64,000 nt of DNA from Candidatus Anstonellales archaeon. Lineage in GTDB: Archaea > Micrarchaeota > Micrarchaeia > Anstonellales > J096. This document shows positions 20,396-30,364 of this stretch, piece by piece (within the stretch, counting starts at the first letter, position 1; each line of letters opens with the position of its first letter). The stretch covers positions 160,001 through 224,000 of the forward strand of contig JAWACY010000002.1 of the NCBI GenBank assembly GCA_038896535.1, written 5' to 3'. The notes under the pieces were generated by a model. That model was not told where the DNA came from. It saw only the letters and a list, made by a program, of their open reading frames with translations, and made no database searches. The translations under genes and the position numbers were made by a program.

Positions 20396-20483
20396 TGGGG
20401 CCACGAGGATTTGAACCCCGACTTACAGGTTTCTCTTATTTTTATCTGGAGCCTGCCGTGCTGCCAGATTACACCATGGCCCC
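20396..20483 (-). tRNA. tRNA-Trp(CCA) with 15-nt intron at 37/38 (20431-20445)
   Basis: Acceptor GGGGCCA/TGGCCCC-A; GCAGG-CTCCAG^ATAAAAATAAGAGAA^A-CCTGT; relaxed bulge-helix-bulge. Confidence 0.92.
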
Positions 20484-20535
20484 TTTATTTATATCCAGAA
20501 ATAAATATTAAAAACAATATGCAGAAAAATTATAA

Positions 20536-20796
20536 ATGCTAAAGGTAATTTTCAAAGGTAATGTTCAAGGCGTTGGATTTCGTTATACTGCAAAATATTA
20601 TGCAATGAAAATAAATGCAAATGGCTATGTAAAAAACTTGAATGATGGCTCAGTTGAACTAATAACTGACAAGGAAGAACTTATAAACATGTTAAAAAAT
20701 CATTATAAAGATAATATCACTGAAATAAAAATAGAAAAAATAGAGCGCATAAATGAAAAAACAAATATAAATGGCTTTTCCATTCTATTTGATTAA
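20536..20796 (+). CDS. acyP: Acylphosphatase
   Basis: GNVQGVGFR and [12 protein letters not shown] signatures. Confidence 0.92.
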   Translation: MLKVIFKGNVQGVGFRYTAKYYAMKINANGYVKNLNDGSVELITDKEELINMLKNHYKDNITEIKIEKIERINEKTNINGFSILFD

Positions 20797-20817
20797 CCCC
20801 TACCATAATCTTTATTC

Positions 20818-21966
20818 TTATTTCTCCGCCTGTTCTATTCTTATTTCTAATACATCCGCCGGCCTTTCTTTTTTTTGCCCATCAATTCTTGCTTTCGGCT
20901 TGTCGTTTTGTGGGTCATATTCTATTATATTTGAGCTAATATCAAGGCCGTGCTGTTCAAACAAGCCCTCTAATATTTCTTTAACTCTATCTATCCTTCT
21001 ATTGCCAACTTTTTTTTCATCTCTTCCCCTATGCAAGAAATAAAGCACTAACTTCTCTGTCTTTTTAAATTCCTCTACTGCTTTCTTGTAAGCATCAATA
21101 TTTACCCCTGTCATTTTTAATTGAGTGATAGTCTGCTCGGATAATAAAACTTCATCGGCAAATTTTTTCCTGCCTTCTGTAGTTGTTAAATCATATTGAG
21201 TTGTTGTTGCTTGAGGTGTTGTTGGTGGTGCTGTTGCTTGAGAGGGTGATGCTGGAGGAGGGCTGCTAGATGGTTCTTCTTCTCTATACCCTTTTGTTAA
21301 TTGAGCCAATTTCCAAAGCCAATATAAAAAAGCCTTTTTATCTTGTTCATCATTAAATTTTAAGTCTAAAGCTGCCATGGGTCTTTCTAAAGAGGTCTTA
21401 TCATCTTTATGAGCGTTATAAAAATCTTCAAACCCTTTACTTCTAGCGTCATCCAATAAAGAATTAAATCTATCTAATCCAGTTGCTGATGCTGTTGCTG
21501 TCTCGCTTGCTACACTTGCCCCAGTTCCTTGTGCGGCTGAACCAGTTCCTGTAGCTTCACTTTTAAACTCTGTAACACCAAACTCTAAGATTGCCTTCTT
21601 GGCTTTTTCACCAAACTTTCCATTAGTTATCTCTTCAACAAAACCTCTAGAACCAATAACAGGATTGCTCTCATTTTGCATATATTCTTTTATCTTATCT
21701 TCTTTTACTCCTGCTTTAAGTAAAAAAGCCACCCATAACATTAATAGCTCTTGTGCCTGGTCTGTTTTTAAGGGATTTCCATCTGCACCTTTTAATTGCT
21801 GCATGCGTGTTATATGGCTAGTAAACCATTGTTGATTTTGATGAGCTGTTATAAAATTATTTGCTGCATTGCCACCAAATCTCTCATTAAATGCAGTTCT
21901 AGCCTCTTCTTCAATGTTTTGCGTTTCCTGTTGTTGCTGTATCTGAGCTTGTTGGCTATTTGTCAT
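20818..21966 (-). CDS. Hypothetical modular protein with low-complexity linkers
   Basis: Q-rich N-terminus, T/A/G and P/S/T linkers, apparent internal duplication. Confidence 0.7.
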   Translation of the reverse strand: MTNSQQAQIQQQQETQNIEEEARTAFNERFGGNAANNFITAHQNQQWFTSHITRMQQLKGADGNPLKTDQAQELLMLWVAFLLKAGVKEDKIKEYMQNESNPVIGSRGFVEEITNGKFGEKAKKAILEFGVTEFKSEATGTGSAAQGTGASVASETATASATGLDRFNSLLDDARSKGFEDFYNAHKDDKTSLERPMAALDLKFNDEQDKKAFLYWLWKLAQLTKGYREEEPSSSPPPASPSQATAPPTTPQATTTQYDLTTTEGRKKFADEVLLSEQTITQLKMTGVNIDAYKKAVEEFKKTEKLVLYFLHRGRDEKKVGNRRIDRVKEILEGLFEQHGLDISSNIIEYDPQNDKPKARIDGQKKERPADVLEIRIEQAEK

Positions 21967-22014
21967 AAAAACATAATAACAAAAATATTTAAAAAAGCTC
22001 TTTTTTATTTTTTT

Positions 22015-22794
22015 ATGCAGGTTTATAATGATTTTGATTTAAGCAAGGCAATAAATGTTTTAATGAATAGGATGCCAAATCCTTATAATCTAATAACATT
22101 ATCTTTAATCATAATACTGGCTATAAACATATTTTTTGGATTTGATATAAATAAACTATTAAGCCCTTTAATTGCAGTTATAACAGCAGTTATTTTTGAT
22201 TATTTAATTACAATGTTAAAAACAAAAAAAGGCCAGATAAAGCAAACTGCATTGATTACAGGGCTTATAGTTGGCTTCGTAGTAAATTATAACATGCCAT
22301 TATACGCTTTTCTTTCTTCTGCACTTGCAATAATAATAAAGCATATAATAAGACATAATAATTCAAACATATTTAATCCAGCAGCTTCTGGTATGATAAT
22401 AACTTTTTTAATCAATAGAAATGCTGAACTTTGGTGGGTATCTGCTCCAAACATATTAATACTTGCTCCTATGCTAATACTTGGCTTTCTTGTTTCATTA
22501 AGAATAATGAGATTATATGCTAGCTTATCTTACATAATAGGGGCAATCATTATAATAATTGCTTTTAGGGGCTTTGAAAATTTCAACATCTTTTATGTTC
22601 CAATGTTCGGACCATTTTTCATGATCACTGAACCAAAAACAAGCCCAATAAAAGCATGGCAACAAATAGTATTTGGCTTTGCAATAGCAATAGTTGATGC
22701 TATTTCAGGTTATTTAAACTTATTACAATCGACATTTCTGCTTGGACTTTTATTTGGAAATTTAATGAATGCATTCCTTTTTAGGCGACTTTGA
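22015..22794 (+). CDS. RnfD/NqrB-like membrane protein (stand-alone, short)
   Basis: TALITGL, IFNPAA and FFMITEPKTSP motifs; ATG at 22015 chosen to avoid overlap. Confidence 0.75.
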   Translation: MQVYNDFDLSKAINVLMNRMPNPYNLITLSLIIILAINIFFGFDINKLLSPLIAVITAVIFDYLITMLKTKKGQIKQTALITGLIVGFVVNYNMPLYAFLSSALAIIIKHIIRHNNSNIFNPAASGMIITFLINRNAELWWVSAPNILILAPMLILGFLVSLRIMRLYASLSYIIGAIIIIIAFRGFENFNIFYVPMFGPFFMITEPKTSPIKAWQQIVFGFAIAIVDAISGYLNLLQSTFLLGLLFGNLMNAFLFRRL

Positions 22795-22796
22795 TG

Positions 22797-24026
22797 TTAT
22801 TTAATAAAAGCATTTTTTATGTATGTCAAACCTTTAACACATGAAGCTGCTTTGTTTAATGCTTCTTCCGCTTTTTGTATGCTTTCATCTCTTGTCACAA
22901 GTGCAATACTCCTTGAAGGGCTTGAATAATAAACGCCGTTTTTCTCATTGAGGCCTTGAAAAAAATATCTTACTCCTAAAGCCCATATGCATTTTTCATT
23001 TATCTCTATCTTTACTGGCTTTTTCGCTCTTTCAGGATAACCTTTTGCAAACATAAATTTGCATACATTTGGCACTGTATTGAATCTTATTTCTTTTAAC
23101 TCTTTATTTATTATATCAGCAAAAACGCTTGCTATCTCATCATACATTAGTTGCAATATATTCAATGCTGCAGGGTCATTGAATGTTGAACTAAAACCAG
23201 TTAAAAATATCCCCTTTTCTGTCTTTATGAATTCTCCGCCTATGCTACCATTAAAAAATATAAAATTCTCATCAAAATATTTAACTACTTTCATTATCTG
23301 GTTTTTGCAATATTCTATATCATCCTTAGTCAAAAAATCTAATGCCTGTCCTGTTGTATAGCTAGCATAACCCTGACTTGAATAGCCATTATAAAATCTC
23401 AATACATAAACTGGTGGAGCAATACTTACTCTCTTTCCATCAGTAAAAGATAGCAAAACAAAATTTTTCCCATTTATCCTTGGCTCAATTATAACATTAG
23501 CATCTTTATTCTTTAATAATTTCCTGCAATAAGAAACTGCCTTTTTATCATTAGCTTTGAAAAATCTTGTGCCCCTACCCATTGTGTAGTAATTTGGCTT
23601 TATTGCAACCTCCATATTACTAAAATCATTAAGTATATTCTTTGCTTCTTCTATACTATTAGCCTTTTTGTATGGCACTGTCTTTATATCAAGCTTTGAG
23701 CATATTTCCTTTGCATAAACTTTATCTGATTCAATTTTTGATGCCTCAATGCCAGAACCTATAACACTTACATATTTTTCTAATTCATCAACAACACCAG
23801 CATTTATAAAAGTTCTTGAAAGCACAACAGCATAGCTTATTCTATGTTTTTTAACAAAATCTGCTATCTGCTTTGGCTCTGGCTTTTTTTGTATCAAATA
23901 TGAAATACTAAGCCTTCTTATTCCTGGATTGTCCCTTCTCATTACAGCATAAAGCTCTGCACTTCTAGCTACTCTATCACTAACTGTATGCGAAACTGCA
24001 TTATCGCCAATGACTAAAACGCGCAT
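22797..24026 (-). CDS. Divergent phosphoribosylamine-glycine ligase (PurD)-like ATP-grasp protein
   Basis: MRVLVIG, NPGI, AGVVDEL, ASKIESDKVYAK, FTDG, FNDP and GYP match the PurD layout, but the catalytic motifs are eroded. Confidence 0.7.
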   Translation of the reverse strand: MRVLVIGDNAVSHTVSDRVARSAELYAVMRRDNPGIRRLSISYLIQKKPEPKQIADFVKKHRISYAVVLSRTFINAGVVDELEKYVSVIGSGIEASKIESDKVYAKEICSKLDIKTVPYKKANSIEEAKNILNDFSNMEVAIKPNYYTMGRGTRFFKANDKKAVSYCRKLLKNKDANVIIEPRINGKNFVLLSFTDGKRVSIAPPVYVLRFYNGYSSQGYASYTTGQALDFLTKDDIEYCKNQIMKVVKYFDENFIFFNGSIGGEFIKTEKGIFLTGFSSTFNDPAALNILQLMYDEIASVFADIINKELKEIRFNTVPNVCKFMFAKGYPERAKKPVKIEINEKCIWALGVRYFFQGLNEKNGVYYSSPSRSIALVTRDESIQKAEEALNKAASCVKGLTYIKNAFIK

Positions 24027-24098
24027 AAAACATTTATTTAATTGTAATTTAAAAATATGACGCTCCAATTTTTTATTGCCCAACTCTAAAACTCTAAG

Positions 24099-25139
24099 CT
24101 ATGGGGCCAAATTTTTTAGTGTTTCAAAATACTTCTCCAAAAGTTGATAAAGTTTGTAATTTGCTCTTGCATAACCGCCAGTCTTATAAGTAGTTTTATT
24201 ATCAAGAAATAATAAAAGTGCATCATTCATATTTTGAAGGCTTTTATTGCCATTCTTTTTATTCTCATAATAATAAATAAACTCTTTCAATAATCGCTTA
24301 AATTCTGGCAGCCCTAAATTATGTAAAGAAGACACTAATATAGATACAAATTTCTTTCTTTGCTCGACATTTGCGCTTTCCCAGAGTTTATTAAAAAATT
24401 TGTTTGAATTTAGATATTCTCCAATAGAGCCTAACTCATAATAGTTAAGTAATAAAGTTGCTTTTGCTTGGCAATGAAAACTTACACAGTCATAAAAATT
24501 TTTATTTAGATGCCCTTCGAATAAGTTTACTAAGCCATTATAAGTTGCTTCTCTCATTTGAAAAGCCCCAATGCTATTTGCTTTATCTAATGAAGGAAGA
24601 GCATTCCAGGGAAATGAAGAAAGAGCATAAAATATATTGAGCATAGCTTCCTCATCATTAATAATTTGTTTTCCTACTATTTCGCCCATTGTCAAGCTTA
24701 ATATAAACTTTATATCAAAGAACTTTTGTATTTCGCTTCTAATCTTAATAATATTTTTTATTTCCATTTCTTTTAGGCTTTCTATTACTTTTATATATTC
24801 AGGCAATCTTGGTGGGAAAACTAGCACATACTTACCATCCTTTATAAAAAAAGGGTGAAGATTCCTATAGAAATATTTTGCACTTTTATACATAGCCATT
24901 TTTTCATTCCATAATCTTTCATTATGCATTATCCAATAAGTAAATTTCTCGCCATTTTTATAATATAAGATAATTTTATCTTTATAAAGCTCCATATAGC
25001 TTACATTTGGCGTTATCCCCTTTATCCAAACTGGAAATTTTTTAACGATTTTGTATTTTTCTCCGCTTGAAGGTTGATTTGTTTTCGTTTCTTTTTTCGG
25101 TTCTTTTAATGCATGCATAATATTTAAAATAGTTATCAT
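24099..25139 (-). CDS. Hypothetical protein with possible lysozyme/lytic transglycosylase-like fold
   Basis: LTMGE ... SIGAFQMREATY ... SLHNLG ... TGGY resemble SLT motifs E / GxxQ / AYNxG / TxxY. Confidence 0.5.
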   Translation of the reverse strand: MITILNIMHALKEPKKETKTNQPSSGEKYKIVKKFPVWIKGITPNVSYMELYKDKIILYYKNGEKFTYWIMHNERLWNEKMAMYKSAKYFYRNLHPFFIKDGKYVLVFPPRLPEYIKVIESLKEMEIKNIIKIRSEIQKFFDIKFILSLTMGEIVGKQIINDEEAMLNIFYALSSFPWNALPSLDKANSIGAFQMREATYNGLVNLFEGHLNKNFYDCVSFHCQAKATLLLNYYELGSIGEYLNSNKFFNKLWESANVEQRKKFVSILVSSLHNLGLPEFKRLLKEFIYYYENKKNGNKSLQNMNDALLLFLDNKTTYKTGGYARANYKLYQLLEKYFETLKNLAP

Positions 25140-25150
25140 ATTAAAATTTT

Positions 25151-25732
25151 ATGCCTTTAAGCAAGACAGATAAGAAGTTTTTTGAAATCATAGCAATAAA
25201 TGGCCTTATTGCTATTTTAAGCATTTTATTAATAATATTTACGCAAAAAGGAGAGGAAGGGCATTATCATATTCACATAGATTTCAAAGTTTTTTTAGAT
25301 GGGCAAGAAGTAAATTTTTCAAAACCAGAGTATATGAGTGAAGAAGGAAAGGAATTAAGCAAAATTATACATTTACATGATATGAACGGAAATGTTTTGC
25401 ACATACACTCTGAAAATGCTAAATTAGAAGATTTTTTTAAGAGCATAAATATGACATTAACAGATAATTGCTTAATAACAAAAAACAAAAAATATTGCGG
25501 TTTAAAGCTCTATGTTAATAGAGGGGTTTTATTTTGGATTGAACAGAATATAAGCACATATAAACCAAAAGATTTGGATAGGATATTAATAACTGACGGA
25601 AAAGGGAATATAGAAGAACAAAAAAATGCTGTTACAGATGAAGCGTGTATACCTTCAAACAGATGTTTTTGGAGGGGCGTAGCAAAAGAGGAAAGCAGTT
25701 GCTCATCAAATTCTGTCAGCTGTCCTGTATAG
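25151..25732 (+). CDS. Membrane-anchored His/Cys-rich hypothetical protein
   Basis: TM helix, HYHIHID, IHLHD, LHIH, C-terminal Cys cluster. Confidence 0.7.
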   Translation: MPLSKTDKKFFEIIAINGLIAILSILLIIFTQKGEEGHYHIHIDFKVFLDGQEVNFSKPEYMSEEGKELSKIIHLHDMNGNVLHIHSENAKLEDFFKSINMTLTDNCLITKNKKYCGLKLYVNRGVLFWIEQNISTYKPKDLDRILITDGKGNIEEQKNAVTDEACIPSNRCFWRGVAKEESSCSSNSVSCPV

Positions 25733-25820
25733 CTTTCGCTCTATTCAATCTTAATATTCAGATTTTTTAATAACGTGCTATTCTTTAACTCTTTATCCTT
25801 TCAGCTTGCTTTTTTATATA

Positions 25821-27356
25821 TTAAATAGACTTTAATTTATTCATCACATAAACTATCTGCGGAACTTCTGAAGCAAGTTTCTCTATTTGTGCAATTATTA
25901 TAAATACTTTTCCCATGCTGCCTTTGTATTCTTTCTCAAATCTCAATATAACATGCTTATAGTAATTATCTGCAAGCTTATAAAGATTGTCTCTTATTTG
26001 CTTTGCTTCTTCTTTGCTTGGCTTTTTCTTAATATTCCTTATCCATGACATCAAAGTTTCCATTGATTCAATAATTATATACCTTTCAGTAGTATCCATA
26101 TGGTAAAAATTCATTGAATCATTTATGTTTTTTAATCTTTTTGCCAGATCTTTCAGCAAAACTGAAAATTTCGATAAATAAGCAAGCATTTCTGCATGTT
26201 TTTTGTCTGTTTCCTTAATTGAAGTTTTCGCTATATAATATGATATCTCATCATAAATAAATTCAGAGTAAGCATGGTATTTATTAACAATTACCTCATT
26301 ATTTTTTTGCTTTTCTGCCCCATCTCTTATCTCTTTTGCCATTTCCTCAATTGCATTCATATAATCAAGAAGTTGTGTCCTTATATTTTTTATTCTCCTA
26401 TTTACATCCTTTTCTGCTTTTAAGTATTTTACTTCAAATATTGTTTGCTGTGGCAGTTCATTAATTTCTCTTAACTTCCTTTCAATATGTGAAGAGAAAA
26501 ATGTCATTACAAAGGCAGCAAGGATATTCAATAACGTATGGGCATTGGCAACAAACCTGCCAGGATCATTTGATATATTTGATACTATATCATAAAGCTG
26601 ATTTATGAATAATATGCCTATTAAAACAACTATGACATTGAATAAAACATGGAATTGAGCTACTGTCTTCCCAAATTTATCTGAATGCCTTGAAGCAATT
26701 AAGGCAGTCGATACTGTACCAAGATTTCCTCCAAATATTACGAAAAATGAGTTATACAATGATATTAAGCCAGAAGAAGAAAGCAAAACAGCAATTGATG
26801 TTATTATCCCGCTTGATTGAACTATTATTGTAGCAACCAAACTAATGATAAATAGCAATAAAGTATCTTTTGTTTCAAAGAATTGAGTTAAATCTGCATT
26901 TCTCTTTATTATATCCTGTGCATATTCCAAAGAAAATATAACAAGCCCAAACATAAATATAGCCCTTCCTAAAATTGAAAACCTTCTAAAAAAAGATATT
27001 AAAAATCCAATTATTATTAAAGTTGGGGCTATAAAGAACAATTTAAATGAAACTATCTGGGCAGTCATTGTAGAACCGATATTAGCACCTATTATTAAGG
27101 CAAAGGCCTGTCTTAAAGTAATGGCTGAAGATGCTGTTAATGAAATTACAAGAACAGAAAAGGCACTGCTTGACTGTAAAATTGCAGTTATAATAAAGCC
27201 AGCTATTATATTTACCCAAAAATTCCTAAATTTTAATAATTTATTTTTTACTTCTTCTTTAACAAAGATTTCTGTTTCCTTTGTTAGTGCTTTAATTGAA
27301 TATATGAACAATGCTATTGCTGCCAAAAATGCAAGGCCTGCTTCTATTGTAATCAT
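25821..27356 (-). CDS. Na+/phosphate cotransporter (PNaS family) with PhoU-like C-terminus
   Basis: Two QSS repeats, GANIGST, GGNLGT, ANAHTLLN. Confidence 0.9.
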   Translation of the reverse strand: MITIEAGLAFLAAIALFIYSIKALTKETEIFVKEEVKNKLLKFRNFWVNIIAGFIITAILQSSSAFSVLVISLTASSAITLRQAFALIIGANIGSTMTAQIVSFKLFFIAPTLIIIGFLISFFRRFSILGRAIFMFGLVIFSLEYAQDIIKRNADLTQFFETKDTLLLFIISLVATIIVQSSGIITSIAVLLSSSGLISLYNSFFVIFGGNLGTVSTALIASRHSDKFGKTVAQFHVLFNVIVVLIGILFINQLYDIVSNISNDPGRFVANAHTLLNILAAFVMTFFSSHIERKLREINELPQQTIFEVKYLKAEKDVNRRIKNIRTQLLDYMNAIEEMAKEIRDGAEKQKNNEVIVNKYHAYSEFIYDEISYYIAKTSIKETDKKHAEMLAYLSKFSVLLKDLAKRLKNINDSMNFYHMDTTERYIIIESMETLMSWIRNIKKKPSKEEAKQIRDNLYKLADNYYKHVILRFEKEYKGSMGKVFIIIAQIEKLASEVPQIVYVMNKLKSI

Positions 27357-27428
27357 AAAATGTTTTTTTTATTCCTGTTTTTAAAATTTTCTTTTAAAAT
27401 TTTCTTATTTATATCAATAAGTAATGAA

Positions 27429-29390
27429 TCAATAATTAATATCAAGAGAATTTGCCATTCTCTTTATATGATTATTTTTAGATGCTCTTGCTTTGTTTAT
27501 AATGAAACTTACCCTTGCCAAAATATCATAAAATCTTAATTTCTTCAAATTTTCTCTTGTTGTTTTATGAGTAAATTCAATAAAAATTTCAAACTTTTCT
27601 TTTGAAGCGTTTTCATCTCCGCAATCTTTTTCAATTTCATCCAAGCATTTCATAAGCACATGCTTAACAAGCATTCTTTTTTCCCTGTTATTTATATTTT
27701 CAGGGTCTATACAACTAAAAAATAACTTAAATGCTTTTATGAAATTGTCCCTAATAGCATCATTAGGGAATTTCATATGTGCATATTTCTCCAATGCATA
27801 AATAGAAACATTAAATTTTTCATCTAATAAGATTGGCATTATATATGGGTATGTCATTTCATATCTGGAATCAATAAATGATGACATAATATTAAGAAGG
27901 TTCTTCACAGCTGGCTCATAAGTCTGCTTTTCTAAGTGAAAATCTTCATGCCCAACATTTTTAAACTTCCTTACAATATATCCTAACTGGTGTTTAAAAA
28001 TAAATTTTAACAATTTTTCTCTCTCTTTCAAGCTATGCCAATATGCAAAAAATAAAGTATGCCCAATAAGGTATCTGTATTCATTATATTCTGATGCAAC
28101 AACAAAATGTTTAAGTGCTATTTCCCCTCTTATATTTTTTAACTCCTTTTTTAATATTTTATAAATAACTCTAAACAATGGACGTGCTTCTTGCCAATCT
28201 TGTTTTTCCTCAAAATTTAAACTTTGGCTTGGAATGTTTGATGCATTATTAATGTTATTAATATTATTAACGTTATTAATGTTAAATATATCATAAATAT
28301 GCGGGATAACAAAAACTAGCTTTTCACTTTGATTATTATTCTGATTTGGTTGCACAGCTATTGGCAAGCCATATGGCCCATATTGTTCATCCCAAGCTTG
28401 GCTGCTATTTGGCTTGGATAAGAATTTATTTGCCATGCTTCTTATTTCCTCATCATCAATAATGTCTATATAGAACTGCTTTAAAAATGCCATAAATTCA
28501 TAATTATATAAAATTTTCTTTATTCCAAAATAAGACATCACGGCATGAACATCAAAATATGTTTTTATCTTCTCCTTATGTTTATATATAAATGGTTTGT
28601 AATATGGAAAATTTCCAATGGCTTTAATTTGCACATTCTCATCAATATTTTTTGCTGTTGCAAATGGACTAGCATAAAATGCATTTCTTGCATGATCAAA
28701 AAATGCGAGGGGCATGATTAAGGCATATTTTTCATTATTAAATTCTACATATGTTTTTAATAATGCCATATTTCTCAATTCACATAAAGCTCTGTTGAGC
28801 AGCATTTTTATTATGTGATTTCCTGGAATGTTATTAAGAATTTTTGCTTTTACAAGCAGCGCATCATAACCATTTATATAAGTCAGGTTTAATAAATCAA
28901 GCAAAAATGCTGGATTATATACAATGTCTTTTGCAACAAGGCATGTTAAATTTTGTATATTGACAGCATTATCATTAAATAACATTGCTACATCAATGCC
29001 AGTTTTAGGCTCAATGATAAAATGGCTTGGTTTTAAGTTCTGTTCAAAATTATGGCTCTGGCCAAGGAATGACTTTATCAAAGCAATCTCTGCTTGCCTG
29101 TATTCAAATGCCCTTAAATGCTGCGCACTTCCATCAAATATTGATGAAAGAATGATAGAAAAATACTTAGCCTGCCTTTCCTGGCTTCTATGGAATGATA
29201 AATATGGGTTGTAACATTTGCAATAATCAATAAAATCATTTATTGATAATGATTCAATGCTCAGAAATTTTTCTAGCAAAGGCCTTATTCTCTCATATTT
29301 TTTGTTTTTTATTGCTTCCTTTATTGCACTTGCACAAGCATTCTTATAATCTTTTTTCTCAAGCAATACCTTCCATTCCATTCCCGGCAT
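27429..29390 (-). CDS. Hypothetical protein (653 aa, Asn-rich insert)
   Basis: Long ORF with no recognised motif; NINNVNNINNINN stretch. Confidence 0.7.
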   Translation of the reverse strand: MPGMEWKVLLEKKDYKNACASAIKEAIKNKKYERIRPLLEKFLSIESLSINDFIDYCKCYNPYLSFHRSQERQAKYFSIILSSIFDGSAQHLRAFEYRQAEIALIKSFLGQSHNFEQNLKPSHFIIEPKTGIDVAMLFNDNAVNIQNLTCLVAKDIVYNPAFLLDLLNLTYINGYDALLVKAKILNNIPGNHIIKMLLNRALCELRNMALLKTYVEFNNEKYALIMPLAFFDHARNAFYASPFATAKNIDENVQIKAIGNFPYYKPFIYKHKEKIKTYFDVHAVMSYFGIKKILYNYEFMAFLKQFYIDIIDDEEIRSMANKFLSKPNSSQAWDEQYGPYGLPIAVQPNQNNNQSEKLVFVIPHIYDIFNINNVNNINNINNASNIPSQSLNFEEKQDWQEARPLFRVIYKILKKELKNIRGEIALKHFVVASEYNEYRYLIGHTLFFAYWHSLKEREKLLKFIFKHQLGYIVRKFKNVGHEDFHLEKQTYEPAVKNLLNIMSSFIDSRYEMTYPYIMPILLDEKFNVSIYALEKYAHMKFPNDAIRDNFIKAFKLFFSCIDPENINNREKRMLVKHVLMKCLDEIEKDCGDENASKEKFEIFIEFTHKTTRENLKKLRFYDILARVSFIINKARASKNNHIKRMANSLDINY

Positions 29391-29435
29391 TAATAGAATA
29401 ATAGCAAAAACTTAAAAATTGTTATCTCTTGCTAT

Positions 29436-30326
29436 TTATTTAGAAAATGATTTCTTATAAACTTGAACAAGAGTCTCTACAATTTTTATTGCATTATCAT
29501 CTCCTATTGCATTTCTTGTTTCTTCTGGAATCACGCTTAATGCTTTTTCATACAGCGAGCTAGTGTCTGCTTTCATGCTAAATTGTGAATTTTCGAGCTC
29601 AACATTTTTTATAACTCCGGATTCAGTGCTTGATGATATTTCAACATGTGAACCTGCTTTTTTTGCCTTTAGAACTTCATAAGATCCTTCTTTTTCTACA
29701 ATTTTTATATTATATGCTTCCAAATCAAGAAATACTTCCTCAACATGTTTTAACACCTTTCCAAGGTCTGCATTTTCAATTGTAACATTATAACCAAGTT
29801 CTGCTGATACAATTGCACTTATTACCTCTTTTAATGCTTCCCAGTTAAAATCTTTCTTGAATTCATCTCTTATCTTAAACATTTGCTGTCCCTTATCATC
29901 TTGCCCTTCATACTCAACAGCTATATTTAAAGCAAGCTTGTCTATTGCTTCTTCAATAAGATGGACAAATGCCAGTATTTGGGCGTTTTCATTATTTTTA
30001 TTATCGCCCAGCAATTTCTTTATTTCATCTTTTAGTAAATGCATTTCTTCCTTTATTGATTCATAGTCCATATTTGCTAGCTCACCAGCATATTTTATTG
30101 TTTCCAATATTCTTCTGCTTATTTGTATTGTTGTTTTAGCCCCAGTCTCATCTGTTATTTCAAGCTCAACTTTTTCTTCATCACTCTCAACCAATCTTTC
30201 ATTCAGCTCCTTTAACCTTTCTTCTTGCGCTTCTAATAAACTTTCTATTCTTTTCAGTGTTTTTCTTATATCTGGCTTTCTTATGTTTTGTTCTTGCTGT
30301 TTTTTTTCACCAAACTTCTTTACCAT
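29436..30326 (-). CDS. Hypothetical acidic/coiled-coil protein
   Basis: 296-aa ORF with GAGGGGGAG RBS, directly downstream of the AAA gene. Confidence 0.7.
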   Translation of the reverse strand: MVKKFGEKKQQEQNIRKPDIRKTLKRIESLLEAQEERLKELNERLVESDEEKVELEITDETGAKTTIQISRRILETIKYAGELANMDYESIKEEMHLLKDEIKKLLGDNKNNENAQILAFVHLIEEAIDKLALNIAVEYEGQDDKGQQMFKIRDEFKKDFNWEALKEVISAIVSAELGYNVTIENADLGKVLKHVEEVFLDLEAYNIKIVEKEGSYEVLKAKKAGSHVEISSSTESGVIKNVELENSQFSMKADTSSLYEKALSVIPEETRNAIGDDNAIKIVETLVQVYKKSFSK

Positions 30327-30364
30327 ACTCCCCCTCTTAATAATTAAGACTAATTTAATTAAAA

